Counted from the stretch's first letter, positions 51,325-64,000 are shown. The stretch: 64,000 nucleotides of DNA from Antedon mediterranea (GCF_964355755.1 NC_092678.1:264422-328421), one strand, 5' to 3'. Made by a program: numbers and translations. Notes: generated by a model from the letters alone, not told the origin.

Positions 51325-51456
51325 ATGCAAGTCCCTACCTAGGCCTTATTTTTATACTTTTTATTTTAGGCCGCTGGAAATACATTACATGGTTCTCGTC
51401 AGCGCCCGCTCGCAATTTTAGGCCCCGCACCCAAAAAGTACTTTGTGTATTGTTAA

Positions 51457-53029
51457 AGGGGGGTTCCGGGTTTAAAATGAATAGTAAAAAATGTAAAATA
51501 TATTTGTTTGTCTCTTGAACGGTAAAAGTTTCAATTTATATAAGCGCCCAGTGAAGCAGAACGAAGGCTGTGAAATCAGGCCAGATTACAAGTGCAGCTA
51601 CGGCAAAATCACACTGTGGTTACAAAATAGGAAATTCGTGAAATGGTCCATCTTCCGACGACTCGTTATCATAAACCATATCAATTAATTGTGTAAAATT
51701 ATACTTATCTGATGTAATTTTAGTCGGTCTTCCCATTTATAAAGTCAATTTTTTATGAAAATTCATCAAAACAGTGAAAAATTAGATATGTTTGCACTTT
51801 ACGTTTGCCGATTTTCGCACCGACTTAGGGAAAAATCAAAATCAATACGTAACGTATACTGTACATTCCTGCTGAGGATCGAGCGAGACGACGATACACA
51901 TGCTCTCTCTGCTGCCCATGCCTGGCATCGTCACGTGATAAGCAGATACAACAATACCAAACTGGTCGGGTCGAGTATACCCCGTCTATAATCACAACAT
52001 GAACGATGTACAGTATTTGATTGAAGGTCGACTCGACCTACCGGAATGGTATAGATAATATACTGTAGCTCGAATGAGAGAGTTGGAATATTTGTGTAGT
52101 GCAGCCTATAGTAAAAGGCCTGGTAGTATCAATTCGCATAGGGTCTACTACACTAGCTAGCTCAATTTTTAACTGGGCCGGATCGGCTAGGTCTCCTTCC
52201 TACTACCTGGTCTACTTGCTTGATGCATGAGTATCCGCTTTTTTGGAGAGTAAACAAAACCTATTTATTTTAGGCCTACAGTACTTAGACGATCGGGACA
52301 CCATACGTGTGGACGGCGATCGGACCTTGTTTTGCTTCAATATTTACAGCCGATTTTGTAGAATGTTTTAGGTTTAGATTGTTTAGGAGTTTGGTTGATA
52401 GGATGGGTTTTGTTATTTATGGGCCAATCGTCTAGTAGTAGGCTAGCTAGGCCCATGGGCCCCATTGTTTTAACGTAGCCATCGTGGCATGGAATCCCTA
52501 GTCAGAATGGCTCTCGCCCATATTATTATTAGGCTAGGCCTAGAGTAGTATTGTACGTGAAGCCGATAATACGATCTGTACTATAGAGGTATAAAAATAG
52601 TATAATTTATGACTCCGTATCTGTACTAAATTTTGTATTTCATTAAATGTATGCTACTACTGTTATTATTACACTTTAGGCCTAGCTTAGAAAATCTACA
52701 AAAAAATGTATTTCACAATGATCACAATGGTGGTCGTCGTTTGACAGGGGAGAGAGATGTAAATTAGTTGACAAACACAACGTACATGATGTCGCGAGTT
52801 TGGAATCCACTGGTGACGTGATTTTGTGAATATCTCATGAATATTAATGAGCTTCCCTAAGCTGCTAAAAAACAGACTTTCCATGAATTTACCCTAAAAT
52901 GTATATGAAATTTAATTTTTTTAATTTCTCGTTATTACTTCTTCATTCTGAAATGTCTATATTGTTATAATATTTTTTATTTAATAAATAAACGATATTT
53001 AAAAGCAATTTTAAACCCAGAATCCCCCT
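51457..53029. mobile_element. Kolobok-like non-autonomous DNA transposon
   Basis: TTAA at 51453-51456 and 53030-53033. Imperfect TIR AGGGGGGTTCCGGGTTTAAAAT / ATTTTAAACCCAGAATCCCCCT. No ORF. Confidence 0.7.
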
Positions 53030-53507
53030 TTAAGAAAAAACAGGGGTAAATATGGGAAAAGTACAAATTTTTTTATATTTTCATGAAAATCCGACTCGCC
53101 TCCCGTCGATCGTGAACGCTCAAAGCATTGTGTATGTAATCGCAAGATTTCGCAACATAAAGTGTGTATATTAATCGTTGCGGACCGCCATCAATCTGTA
53201 TTTTGAGCCTCATTCTGAAACCAAGTATTCTAGTCCGGGCGGTGAGCGTGTGTTTGTCATATCCACACGCGATATCCATACCTTGCATCAGAACGAGGTC
53301 TACCACGGTTTTTTTGGTCTGCTGGTCTCGTACATTTCGCGATCGATCGTCGTGCCTAGTTACCTCTCTGCCTACGGCATTATTGCATTCAAGGTTTATT
53401 TCACTTAATTAAAATACTGTGATGAAAGATGAACGTTGACAAAAATCCCTCACCAAATTTTTGATAAGTGCCGACGAGAACCATGTAGGCCTAGGCCTAA
53501 TAGAATA

Positions 53508-54451
53508 CAGATCACTCCGGCCGCGCTTCACTCCGGCCGCGCTTCAAATCCGGCCGCGCTTCATTCCGGCCGCGATTCATTCCGGCCGCAGCTATGGAGC
53601 GCCCAATGAGTCTTTTACAACCGAGACACGTTTTTTGTAGAGAATCAAAATAAACATTTGTAATAATACAGTATATTTTTTCTCTTTCAGGATCACAACA
53701 ACATCGCAAGTGTTTTAAATTAGGTCTAATGCTAGAACAAAATAATTTATGTGTTTTATCCAATGTAATAGGCTAGTATATTAATTGTAATGTGATTAAT
53801 TAATGTAATTTATTGCAATGTACCCTATATGTCATATTATTTTTATCATATATAAATTAAAATATAAAATCATTGTAAATTGGACTGTACAAAAATGATA
53901 TATTAATTCTTGATACAATTCCAGGTAACATTAATTAGACGGATATTTGATTATTTGAAATAAATTAATTAATATTGTAAATATTGTTATTAACTATAAT
54001 TAGTAAGTATGGGTACTGGCAAGATAAAGTGTTATAAAAATAAGGGTTTTAACTAATTTTTAATGTTAATAAATGTAAAGCTATAAAAATAAATGTACAT
54101 AGAAAGAAATTAAATATTGTTATTCAAGCATTAATTAGACGGGTATTTGATTATTATTTTATTATTGAATTTAATTAAGTTAAGTTTAGTTTGAAAGAAA
54201 AAGCAGTTCCAACTTCTTTGAATGTTATTGTTAATGAAACAAGTAAAATTGTTGCTAATAAATATTCAACTAGTTCCATTTAAATTCACCAAGAATTTGT
54301 TATAACACTGAACAGTATAGAAAACGTAGATATGGGCGCTCCATACTAACGGCCCCTTTGCACAGGAAGTCGAATTGAATAGCGGCCGGAGTGCATAACA
54401 TCGCGCTAAACTGATACGGCGGCCGGAGTGAAGCACGGCCGGAGTGATCGG
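53508..54451. mobile_element. Foldback element with CCGGCCGC sub-terminal repeats
   Basis: GATCACTCCGGCCGCGCTTCACTCCGGCCGC is inverted as GCGGCCGGAGTGAAGCACGGCCGGAGTGATC. Inner IR TATGGAGCGCCCA/TGGGCGCTCCATA. AT-rich core; no clear TSD. Confidence 0.7.
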
Positions 54452-54790
54452 CTACCTTCTCCAGCGGCCTTAATTAATAATATTGATTGTTAATTCATTA
54501 TCAAACGGATCACATACCCAACAACACAACCCCTGTCCGTCAACCCTCAGCCTATGTATGCCTAGGCTATATTATACCTTCATATATAACTACCTTGCCA
54601 TGCTCTAAACACCGTTATTGTCTGTACGTCGTCGTATATGACCTTGCTTGTCTTATCTAAAAAAAGCTAGGCCTAGGCCTAGATAGATAGGCTAGGCTAG
54701 GCCCCTAGCGTTACCAAAAATAGGCAAAATTTACAGTTAAGCCTAGGGCATTACAACGTAATTATTTAAAAAATTACAAACAAAGATTAC

Positions 54791-54930
54791 CTATCCATTA
54801 TCCCTTGCCTTTGTTAGTTATTAACCACAGAAAACTGTTAAAATTAGTTTTATTTTCGCAGTTGTTAACTTAAAAACGCCATTACATTATTGAAAGAAGA
54901 CGAAGAAAAACATTTACAAAATGGCGGATA
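54791..54930 (-). promoter_or_regulatory. Probable non-coding first exon / TSS region of RBM5/10
   Basis: Donor AG|GTAATC at 54790 and YY1-type CCGCCATTTT at ~54918-54927. The first coding exon has an acceptor at 49662/49663 just upstream of the ATG. Confidence 0.45.
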
Positions 54931-55479
54931 GCGTTTTCATCATATTAATTGGCAGGATAATTTGAGAATAAAAAAATGTGAACATCAGTTTACAGATTTT
55001 TTGATGAAAAATGGTTAAAATAATTTATATTCAATCAATTCATATTTCCAAATTGTGAATCAAAGAATATAGCGTAACATTCCTGAACAAAATAAAAAAT
55101 AAATAAAAATACAGTTTTTCTAATTCTGGCAATACCGATAACCAGGTTCATTAATATTCATGAGGAGGAAACATGAATATTCAATTAGTTTCGCGATAAC
55201 GAGGCTCTACTAATAAAAGGCTATAAAGTTTAATCTGCATGTAAACTTTGTTTTACTTCTTCAATCCATGGTTTCATTATTGTTCAATATTTCTGTTGTT
55301 TAATCAATATTATGTATAGAAATACAAGATTTCAAAAGGGGAATTGTGTATGTATTTTTCATATGTATTGCTTTGAGATGGCACACATTATATTATAACG
55401 TGTAGGCTAGATCCAAATAAATACAATTTTTAAATAACGCAAGCATGACTTCAGTTGTACACATAATGTTTTCAAATAT

Positions 55480-55712
55480 ATACATGTGAAGGCGTATCAA
55501 TTTGATCTCCGATGCGCGTGCGTACAATTGGGGGACTAGTGCTGTCTCGCTGTACCACGCTATCCAATCAAGTTTGAACAATACCCCTAATGGTAAGGAC
55601 ATATCAAGCAGAAGGTTCGAGTTCGAATCTCAATTGGGGGACTTTATTCTCATTCTCACAGATTCAAATTAATGAATTAAATTTCAGTACATCGCCAGCC
55701 AGGCGGTTTAGA
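55480..55712 (+). mobile_element. Second, deleted copy of the tRNA-containing repeat
   Basis: Shares GCGCGTGCGTACAATTG, CGCTATCCAAT, CATATCAAGCAGAAGGTTC and TTCTCATTCTCACAGATT...GGTTTAGAA with 49751..50104. Confidence 0.7.
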
Positions 55713-56574
55713 ATTTACCCGTTGTTTTTTCAAGCTCTGCGTTTCATTGCTGGAATCCCGTCATATTGTGTGAACACGATCAGTAAACTCGTTCATAAGA
55801 GGGGAAGACGCGTTATGGACTTTTTTGTGAAAAAAAAATCAATTTAATAATTGGTTATTTTTCCATTTTTTACAAAATATTTTCAACATTCAGCAAAACA
55901 ATTAACAAAATACTAATTTCTATAGAAATGTCGTGATTCGATTCGAGGATGATCCGCTATTGATTAGGTTAGCTTCAACCAAGCAGATTTGAGCGTGTGA
56001 GGCCCGCCTCTATGAAGGGATAACCGACGCAGAAATTATTCAGACACACTGTGTTGGTTGCCACAGAAAACTTTATTGTTTATTATCTCCTTCCGTATGT
56101 GCATATATTCACCTATGTTATTCTTACAAGAACAAAAAACCCTGAATCGAATAACTATGTTAACTTGTACATGTACATCATAAGTACCTTCCAACCATTA
56201 TAATCGACGATTATAATGGTATAACATGTTCATTCATAACAAGAATCATCGTAACATTGATATATAGAATTAAATACTTCTTAGACTTAATACATAACTT
56301 TCTGAAAATAAAATGTCTTCTACCAACGGCAACAAACAACAAGCCTTATAACGGAAGAGACTCATGGTATGCAAATTAAGTTTACATTCCAACGCGCGCC
56401 ACCAACCGATTCTAATATAGCAGACAGAATCGAACCGTGACAGAAAGATGAAAATTATTCCTATGATTATATTCACACATATTCATATTTACACGATTCA
56501 TGTACACACATCTATATACAAATCAAATTTTTTTTAAATTATATATAATTATAGTATATATATATATATATTCT

Positions 56575-56862
56575 ACTTACATAGGACTTACATACCTGGA
56601 CTTACTTACATACATGGACTTACTTACATACATGACTTACTTACATACCTGGGACTTACATACATGACTTACTTACATAGAACTTACATACATGACTTAC
56701 ATACCTGGGACTTACATACCTGGGACTTACATACATGACTTACTTACATACCTGGACTTACTTACATACCTGGGACTTACATACATGACTTACTTACATA
56801 GAACTTACATACATGACTTACATACCTGGGACTTACATACATAGGACTTGCATACATGACTT
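56575..56862. repeat. ACTTACATAC-based degenerate minisatellite
   Basis: GACTTACATACATG / ACTTACATACCTGGG variants, related to 58223..58585. Confidence 0.85.
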
Positions 56863-57189
56863 GAAACTGATTTGCTAATTTATATTTGTGTTAATTTTAG
56901 TATAGATCACCATTTTTTACATAAGTCAATTTATCATCAAAACAATGAAACATAAAATCTAATAACAGGACAGTATAAATTATTACGACATACTGTTCAT
57001 ACTACAGTACTATATCATTTTAATTTCGTTTGTACCTAGAGTGATTCCAGCTTTAAGTATGACACGCCATGTGTGCAATAGCTACCTAACTTTGTACAAA
57101 TATAAAGCTGGATCACCAATTTACTATTCTTTTGCAGTAGATTGTTAAAATATTATACATCAGATCCGTTTAGCATCAAACCATCGTTA

Positions 57190-57322
57190 TTATTTTTGTT
57201 GCCATTCACTGATTTTTAAATGTACGCCATTCACTTGTTGAAGGCTGGTGCATTTTACAAGTGTTGAAGTGCCCACATAATGAGACGCAAGAATACGATC
57301 ACCAACATGAATTGCACCGGTC
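57190..57322 (-). pseudogene. Isolated PDZ-domain exon fragment (GRIP1-like)
   Basis: An acceptor TTTTTCTTTGATAG is followed by TGAIHVGDRILA...QVNGVHLK and an early stop. TGAIH(I/V)GDRILA is the GRIP PDZ6 signature. Confidence 0.45.
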
Positions 57323-57396
57323 CTATCAAAGAAAAAAAAACACCATGAAACCAATGATTTTATGCTAATTTATTGTTTTTATTGATTGCTGTATAA

Positions 57397-57538
57397 AGCT
57401 CTGTCTACACTATCAAACTCTATATGACACAAAACTGTGATAATAAATAATAAAAATAATGTCATATCACGAACATATTTCAGCAGATCACTACCATATT
57501 TGGGCACATCACACTTTTTTGATAGTGTAGACAGAGCT
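57397..57538. mobile_element. Harbinger/Tourist-like MITE (multi-copy family)
   Basis: TIR AGCTCTGTCTACACTATCAAA with TAA on both sides. Further copies at ~16426-16490, 20592-20708, 25950-26137, 28915-29075, 38372-38465 and 48522-48760. Confidence 0.85.
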
Positions 57539-57859
57539 TAATTGATAAGGGTAGAGGTGAGTAATACGCCAAACAAAGATAAGCCTCTGATTTAAGTCTT
57601 AGTTAAAAACCAAAAGACAATGTCCAACATAAGATAAACCTCTGACCAGGGAGTTGTTAATTAGACTTAGGTTTCTGCAACATATGTATGTATACAGTTA
57701 AGACATTTAATAATCTTAAACTTACATGCTATATTAAACTCAACTGTGTCACGAGGTATTGCAGTAATTGTAACAGTCAGCAATCCCATAAGTCACCACT
57801 GGCCGGTCGATATGTCATTGTTAGGCTCACAAGCATCCTTCATACTGCAACACTCTAGT

Positions 57860-60530
57860 TGATTTAAATGTACCTCCTCCTCCGCCACCTCGTCCACCGC
57901 CACCATGACCTCCATCTCCTCCTCCTCCACTATTATCCATTTCATCTCTAGGGATAGCTTTCTTTCCAACTTAACATTGCATCACCTCCAGTGTTTCTAC
58001 ATCCACCTGCTAAAGAAAACAAGATAATGAATTTTAAGAATCATTGTAATGTATTAATTACTTTGTGAATTGAAAATGAGCAAGTTCTACATATTTTTTA
58101 GTGAAATAGTGATAGAGGGTTACTTACCGGTATTGTATGGTGTACCACCTCGGTTAATGTACTGCTGATCACCTTTCATTGGTCTGAATGCGAATTGAGT
58201 TCCCTGGTAATTCCCGCCTCTGCTTACATACATAGAACTTACATACATAGAACTTACATACATAGAACTTACATACATAGAACTTACATACATAGAACTT
58301 ACATACATAGAACTTACATACATAGAACTTACATACATAGAACTTACATACATAGAACTTACATACATAGAACTTACATACATAGAACTTACATACATAG
58401 AACTTACATACATAGAACTTACATACATAGAACTTACATACATAGAACTTACATACATAGAACTTACATACATAGAACTTACTTACATAGAACTTACTTA
58501 CATAGAACTTACATACATACATGACCTACTTACATACATGACCTACTTACATACCTGGGATTTGCATACATAGAACTAACATACATTTTAATTTTAGTAT
58601 AGATCAATAACCTAACAATATTAAAAGCGAAAATATTTTGCTATGTATGCTAAAACTACAATCTGCAAAATATTGATTTGGGTACATTATTTTTATCTAG
58701 AGAGAATTGTTCCTTACACCATGATGGATCTTTGTGTACCGCCTCCAGCACCACCAAAACCACTTCCAATGTTTCCAGCCATATTCTGTCATGTTTCCTC
58801 TATATCCTCCTTGGCCGCCACCATACTTGCTTTATATTGAAATGCAAATAACTAAAGATTTAAATGTACCTCGTCCGCCACCACTACCACCTCGTCCGCC
58901 ACCACTACCACCACCACTACCACCTCGTCCGTCACCACTACCACCTCGTCCGCCACCACTAACACCTTGTCCGCCACCACTACCACCTTCACCGCCAAAT
59001 TCTTTTTTCGCCCCTAAATGTTTGTCCCGGATTTGATGAAATTTCGTAATTTTTGGATCAATTCTTCTTCTTCCTCTGTAATTTCTAATAAAAAAAGTTA
59101 TAATTGTAAAGTTAATAAAGACTATTCTTATACTTATTCTATTAAGCGTGCACCAGTTGCTGTGTAGGTTACAATTAAAAAACAGAGCATAAATAAGTTT
59201 ATAAATAACTAAAGATTTAAATGTACCTCCTCCTCCGCCACCACCACCACCACCTCGTCCGCCGCCACCATGACCTCCATCTCCTCCTCCTCCACTATTA
59301 TTCATTTCATCTCTAGGGATAGCTTTCTTTGCCTCAAAACATTCGTCACATACAGTACTGTATGAATTTTCTTAACTGCAAATAAAAAATTGGACACTAG
59401 ACCTAACAAATTTAAATTATCTATTTCATCTTTAGGGATAGCTTTCGTAGACCTACTATAATGAATAAAACTCCAATGATGATATTAACTATAGTAACAG
59501 TTAAATGTGTTACTTGACAAATATGGCAACATATTTGAAGATTCATATGAAGGTATAAAACGTGAGCTGCTCACATAAATATCAAAGAAAATGTCACCCG
59601 TGTCTATGTGAAAAAGAGGCCTTGCAAAAAGATCATCCTCTGCAGCAAGAAATTACAGAGGAAAGTTAAAAGAATATTGAGACAAATTACGGAAAGGTTA
59701 GTCTGTGGACATTCCACTTGAGAAAATATCCGGAAAGAAGCGTGGGTTCGCTTCTTGGTTTTGCTAACTTCCAAAAATCAACCATGGTAGACAATATGCA
59801 TTGTTTTTTTAAGCCAGCATGCAACGCCATTAGACGTGCTGCATTTTTGCTAGTCGGGTGAGAGGAAGTGTCACCCAAATTCAGGTATATTCCATATTAC
59901 TAAGGAATTGATTCCCTAAAAATGGCGACTACACGGCAAGAATAAAAATAAAATCACTGATTTTACTACGAAAGGAAGAAATATCAAAGAAAATGTCACC
60001 CCTGTCTATGTGAAAGCAAGGTTTGTCCCCTATGCTAACAAATTGAAAGTTGAAAGAGTTAAATAAGTTGGAAGAAAATAGTGTAATACTGTACACAAAG
60101 TAAAACAAAGTGAATGGGCAACCCCAATTGGGCCTAAAATCAGATGGCACAGAATCTGTGGCAATTATAGTGTAACAAAAGTAACAAAGAATTACCAGGG
60201 AACTCAATCCGCATTCAGACTAATGAAAGGTGGTCATCACTGCATGAACAGAGGTGGTATTTGCACAGAATCAGACACTAACATACAAAGATCTAGAGGT
60301 TTTGTATTTGTAACGTTTCAAAAAGGAAAGCATGGTAGATAAATGCATCCAGGATTACCATACGAGGGCACACTTCATTGACAAACGGAAAGTACAAGTC
60401 AAAAGAGCAGTATCAAGAGAGGCGATTTTAAAAATATAAATCTCGTACAAGTTTTAAAAAATCTACCATGAGACCCTACGAAAATATTTTTCAAAATATG
60501 GTGAAATTACGGACTATGTTAATTTTTTTC
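57860..60530. pseudogene. Scrambled hnRNP A/B-family gene fragments (both strands)
   Basis: Minus strand: three Gly-rich exon ends with the shared donor GTACATTTAAATC (~57872, 58870, 59226), KKAIPRDEM, and M9-like GNYQGTQFAFRPMKG...RGGTPY (58127-58222). Plus strand: frameshifted GKKRGFA (~59735), an M9-like copy (~60190), RSRGFVFVTF...VKRAVSRE (60283-60422) and LRKYFSKYGEITDY (~60475). Confidence 0.75.
58223..58585. repeat. 15-bp tandem repeat x ~20
   Basis: CTTACATACATAGAA repeated; gives spurious ORFs in several frames. Confidence 0.95.
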
Positions 60531-60706
60531 AGAGGTACGATGTTACTACTACTACACATTATGCCTAATTGCTATTGCAGAATTGCAGTTAACATTAAAT
60601 ACAATTAAATACAAATACTGTAGTGCATATATCACAAATTTTGGGTTTATCACTTCCCTATATGTTCATACCATCTACTACATTAGGTAGTTTCAATTTC
60701 AATTTC

Positions 60707-62885
60707 TGTTACGACCACTTTTGGCCTAGGCCGAAATACCTAAATAAATAGCAACAACGAGGCTTGGAACAAACAATAGTCGACACTCAGAGTATTATGC
60801 AAAGAGCACGAGCTCCATTTATTTCCTTTCACGAAGCACAAAATACATAACAACACAATTATAGATACGTATGATACCGAGTGGTTGGTTTGCCTGGCCA
60901 TCCGTACACATCACAACCTCCCCATTCTTATCGTCCTGCCTCGCTTCCAGTCTCAAGCACAGTTCTAACCGCAAGCGTCCTTAGCTGGCCCTGTCTCCTG
61001 AGTGACTCCCTTCTTTTTCACACACCCAGAACAGCTTTCCAAAATACCGCGCACCACCATGCTCCATTCTGATTTGTCCACTTGACCACCGGCGACTTGA
61101 TTCATTTGCATGTGACATGTGACACCTGACTCTACATTTAAGGAAGTGTCGCACTTTGTCTTTTTGATATCTTCACCTGGGTTATAAAATTCTAGATTTG
61201 ACATGAATGTCCCCTCTAAATCTAATCCATCGTTATCGGACATTCTATCTTCAATTTTCTGTGTCATTGCACGTGTTACAGCGCAGGCGGGGTATTCCCA
61301 ACCATTGTCGGGCGTACCAGTTTCACATAGCATATTAGACTTTTGTAGTGTGGAAGTTAAATTATCGTTAATCATTAATTCAGGTAACACCCTACCGCCA
61401 GCCAAATCATTACCCAAAAGCATATCAATTCCCTCTACTGGAAGCTCCGGTACAACACCTATTATCGCTTCCCCTTTAACTAATTCAGAATCAATTATTA
61501 CTTTGTGTAACGGGACATTAATAACATTCATCCCCACACCTCGAATTAACGCGGTCATACTCGTAGAACTACTTTTACCGAAAGAAAGAGCTCCCTCCAA
61601 CATCATAGATTTGGCACAGCATGTATCTCGCATGACCTTAATGCGTTTAAAGCAATCATCACCTTTTAGCGATACCCGTGCCTCTGACATAAATGGTGCA
61701 AAATTTTCATTAGTTTTATTACATTCAATTTGCTTATTTACTTTTGAAATGTTGTTGGTGTCCCCTTTTAATGTACTGTAGCACATCCTACTGGAAGAGA
61801 AGATTTGTTACTATAGTTATTTGAGTTACGTTTGAGAAAATAACATTGAGACATAACATGTCCTGGTTTTTTGCAATGGTAACATGTTAATACCTTAGGC
61901 TTATCCCAACGCTTACTCTTAAACGGACTCTGTCTCTTAGTATCAGATACCCGTTTGTAATCACTTGGTTTATCCTCATGGTTAGGATTATTTATGTTTA
62001 TCGCACTTAATTTATGAGTCAATGCATAGTCATCGGCATATACTGCTGCGTCTTTTAATGTATCAATTTTACGTTCATCAAGGTGAATTTTAATATCAAC
62101 ATGAATGCACCTTTTAAATTCTTCTATTAACATCATTTGCTTTAAATTATCATAATTCAATTCTACATCTTTAGAACTAACCCATCTATCAAACATTTGC
62201 TCTTTAACTCTGGCAAACTCCACATGCGTTTGTTCACACTGTATCCTCGCATCTCTAAATCTTTGTCGATAAGTGTTGAAAATATTTATCAACTTCGGTT
62301 TCCTGAAATTTTGGAACAAGCCTAATGTGTTTAGACGCATTGAAAGCATCAGGCGCACTAGCAACATTTACTTTTCCTTCTCTCTCTCTCTCAATAATGT
62401 CTCTTTCAATTTGGTACTGCAATTTCGCAAGCTCTAACTCTACATCTGCTTTTTGCTTTGCCCTCTCCATTTCCATTTCCATCATCATTCTCTCTTTATC
62501 AATTTCCATCTTAGCCATTTGTAACTCTAATCCTTTCAATTTTACAGCTTCACTCTCTACTTCCTCAACCACAATCACTTCCTTTAAACATGATTCTTCT
62601 AAGTATTCTTCTCTTACAAGGGTTTCAATTAAATTATTTTTAACAACTTGTTTTCTCGTAGACTGTTTTAAATGCAGATCAAAATACCTTCCCAACGCCA
62701 ACAAATCTGGCTTTTTTAACGTATTAAATTTTTCCCAGGAAACACACTCTGCAAGGTATTTTTCAGCCTCAAACTCCATTATAAACAAATGGTTAAGAAA
62801 AAATTACAATAGTGTAGCAGTGATTGTTTGTTCCAAACCCCGAGTGAGTCTAACAACTCCGGTTTTCCCGGACGAGCCCCCAATT
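60707..62885 (-). mobile_element. Defective Ty3/gypsy LTR retrotransposon (gag-protease + partial LTR), Gmr1-like
   Basis: PBS TGGGGGCTCGTCCGGG (tRNA-Pro) at ~62867-62882. Gag is split over ORFs 62255..62788 and 61768..62367 (KHIRLVPKFQETEVDKYF, CYHCKKPGHVMSQC knuckle). Protease-like MRDTCC...MLLGNDLAGG. RT/RH/IN are absent. LTR-like end ...GGTCGTAACA at 60707. Confidence 0.88.
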
Positions 62886-62892
62886 TCTGTAC

Positions 62893-63194
62893 TTAAAGGC
62901 TCTCTTTTTCTACTTTTGGGTTCACACATTCCTCTCGAGAGACCGCTCTCTTAACATGAACCGTTTTACTGTTCAGACAATGTCCTGTCGTTTGGGAATC
63001 CTCCATGCACTTATCCACCATGCTTGCTTTTCTTAACGATACAAACCCAAATCCTCGGCTTTTTTTTGTATGGGGATATCTCACGATGAAATAATCAATA
63101 ATTTCCCCATATTTGGAGAAATACTGTCTCGACGTCATCATTTGTTTCATAATCAAGACCTCCAACAAATATTTTTTTGAGTTGTGGGTTGTGA
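62893..63194 (-). pseudogene. hnRNP A/B-like RRM1, frameshifted
   Basis: PQLKKIFVGGLDYET (RNP2) is in a different frame from QYFSKYGEIIDY...KKSRGFGFV...VKRAVSRE (RNP1). It is bounded by two LTR elements. Confidence 0.8.
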
Positions 63195-64000
63195 TGTTAT
63201 GTCTTTGTTTGTACACAACAATATAATATATAAATGAACGAAGACGTTAGTTTGGTTTGGTAGATGTTTATTGTAGCTCAGCAATATAGCAAGTGGTTAT
63301 GAAACATTAGTTATCATTACTAATACCTCTGGTATGTGGTTGTCATGGCTATGAGGATAGCTAACCTAGATACCAGTAAGGTGTGTGGACCTGTTGAACC
63401 TGTAAGTTCAGTCACTTGTAATGTAATATCATTACATCTTCCCTCTTTTGAAAGTTAAAATATTTTTCTTAGTATTCTTTTAAATCCGTTATTTATGTAT
63501 CCATAGTTCATGCATAAGATTTCAAGAGTATTATACTTAGATTTTTTTTTTAAAATATTTTTATCTTGTTATTTAAATTTATTTATGTACATGCTAGCAT
63601 TATTCATAAGTCGTTGCATAATTGTCTATACATTATATTTTGTCTGTAACATAGTCGTCTAAGTATGCTGGTCGTCGGGCTTGACGTCGTGGTCGGTTTT
63701 GATCGATAGTTTTACCATTTCTGTCATTTGTAACCGGTACGTCGTCATCCGAGTCATAGTCGTCATTGTCATATCTGTCAATGGATGGTATTGGCATGAT
63801 GTGCCTTCTGTTCCGTCTATAGATATCATTTCCACATTTCACAAGATAAGATTTATGAGGTAGTGATTTGTGAATTGTTCCAACTTTGTTCCACAACTTA
63901 GATGTTGTATCATATACAGTACTTTAACTTTCTGTCCGTATTGTATGGTTTCTAGAGTTTTTGAATGTTTGTTATAGTTCTGCGCTTGTTTTTGCTTTAG
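63195..64000 (-). mobile_element. Ty3/gypsy LTR retrotransposon 3' end (integrase C-terminus, PPT, 3' LTR)
   Basis: KSYLVKCGNDIYRRNRRHI...PRRQARRPAYLDDYV ORF end. PPT AAAAGAGGGAAGA at ~63437-63449. 242-bp LTR TGTAAT...ATAACA (63195..63436) with AATAAA. Confidence 0.85.

Larger units (their letters stand above)
51369..54469. mobile_element. Harbinger-like non-autonomous element hosting nested insertions
   Basis: 10-bp TIR GGCCGCTGGA / TCCAGCGGCC with TTA on both sides (51366-51368, 54470-54472). Confidence 0.5.

Noticed and set aside
56194-56220. 13-bp perfect inverted repeat ACCATTATAATCG-A-CGATTATAATGGT
   Set aside because: Isolated AT-rich hairpin with no associated element ends.
58120-59305. 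ORFs MYVSS/YVCKF/YIHRT and the Pro-rich/Gly-rich ORFs as intact genes
   Set aside because: 15-bp satellite translations and read-through or antisense of pseudogenic Gly-rich exons.
62893-63216. Functional RRM gene carried by the retrotransposon
   Set aside because: RNP2 and RNP1 are out of frame, and the segment lies outside the right element's 3' LTR, so it is interrupted host sequence.

Overview
AT-rich, intron-containing animal genomic DNA. It is probably an invertebrate deuterostome such as an echinoderm, but that is inference only. From left to right the window holds: (1) four tandem minus-strand C2H2 zinc-finger genes with no recognisable KRAB/ZAD/SCAN domain (A partial, B, C, D); (2) a chimeric gene made by tandem duplication, which fuses the 5' part of ZNF-D in frame to the CXXC-domain exons of CXXC1; (3) a complete 16-exon CXXC1/CFP1 gene with a probable alternative last exon; (4) MRPL46, head-to-head with CXXC1; (5) a 20-exon RBM5/RBM10-family gene whose RRM1-splitting intron holds an intact, sense-strand ORF resembling DIRS Gag/LAP2alpha, with an in-frame acceptor and its own AATAAA; (6) nested non-autonomous DNA transposons and a tRNA-containing repeat; (7) scrambled hnRNP A/B pseudogene fragments with two Ty3/gypsy remnants. 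Many minisatellites, MITEs and SINEs are also present. The best candidates for undescribed biology are the RBM5-DIRS Gag alternative terminal exon and the ZNF-CXXC chimera, whose indels preserve the reading frame. All exon models and family calls were made by eye, with no database searches.
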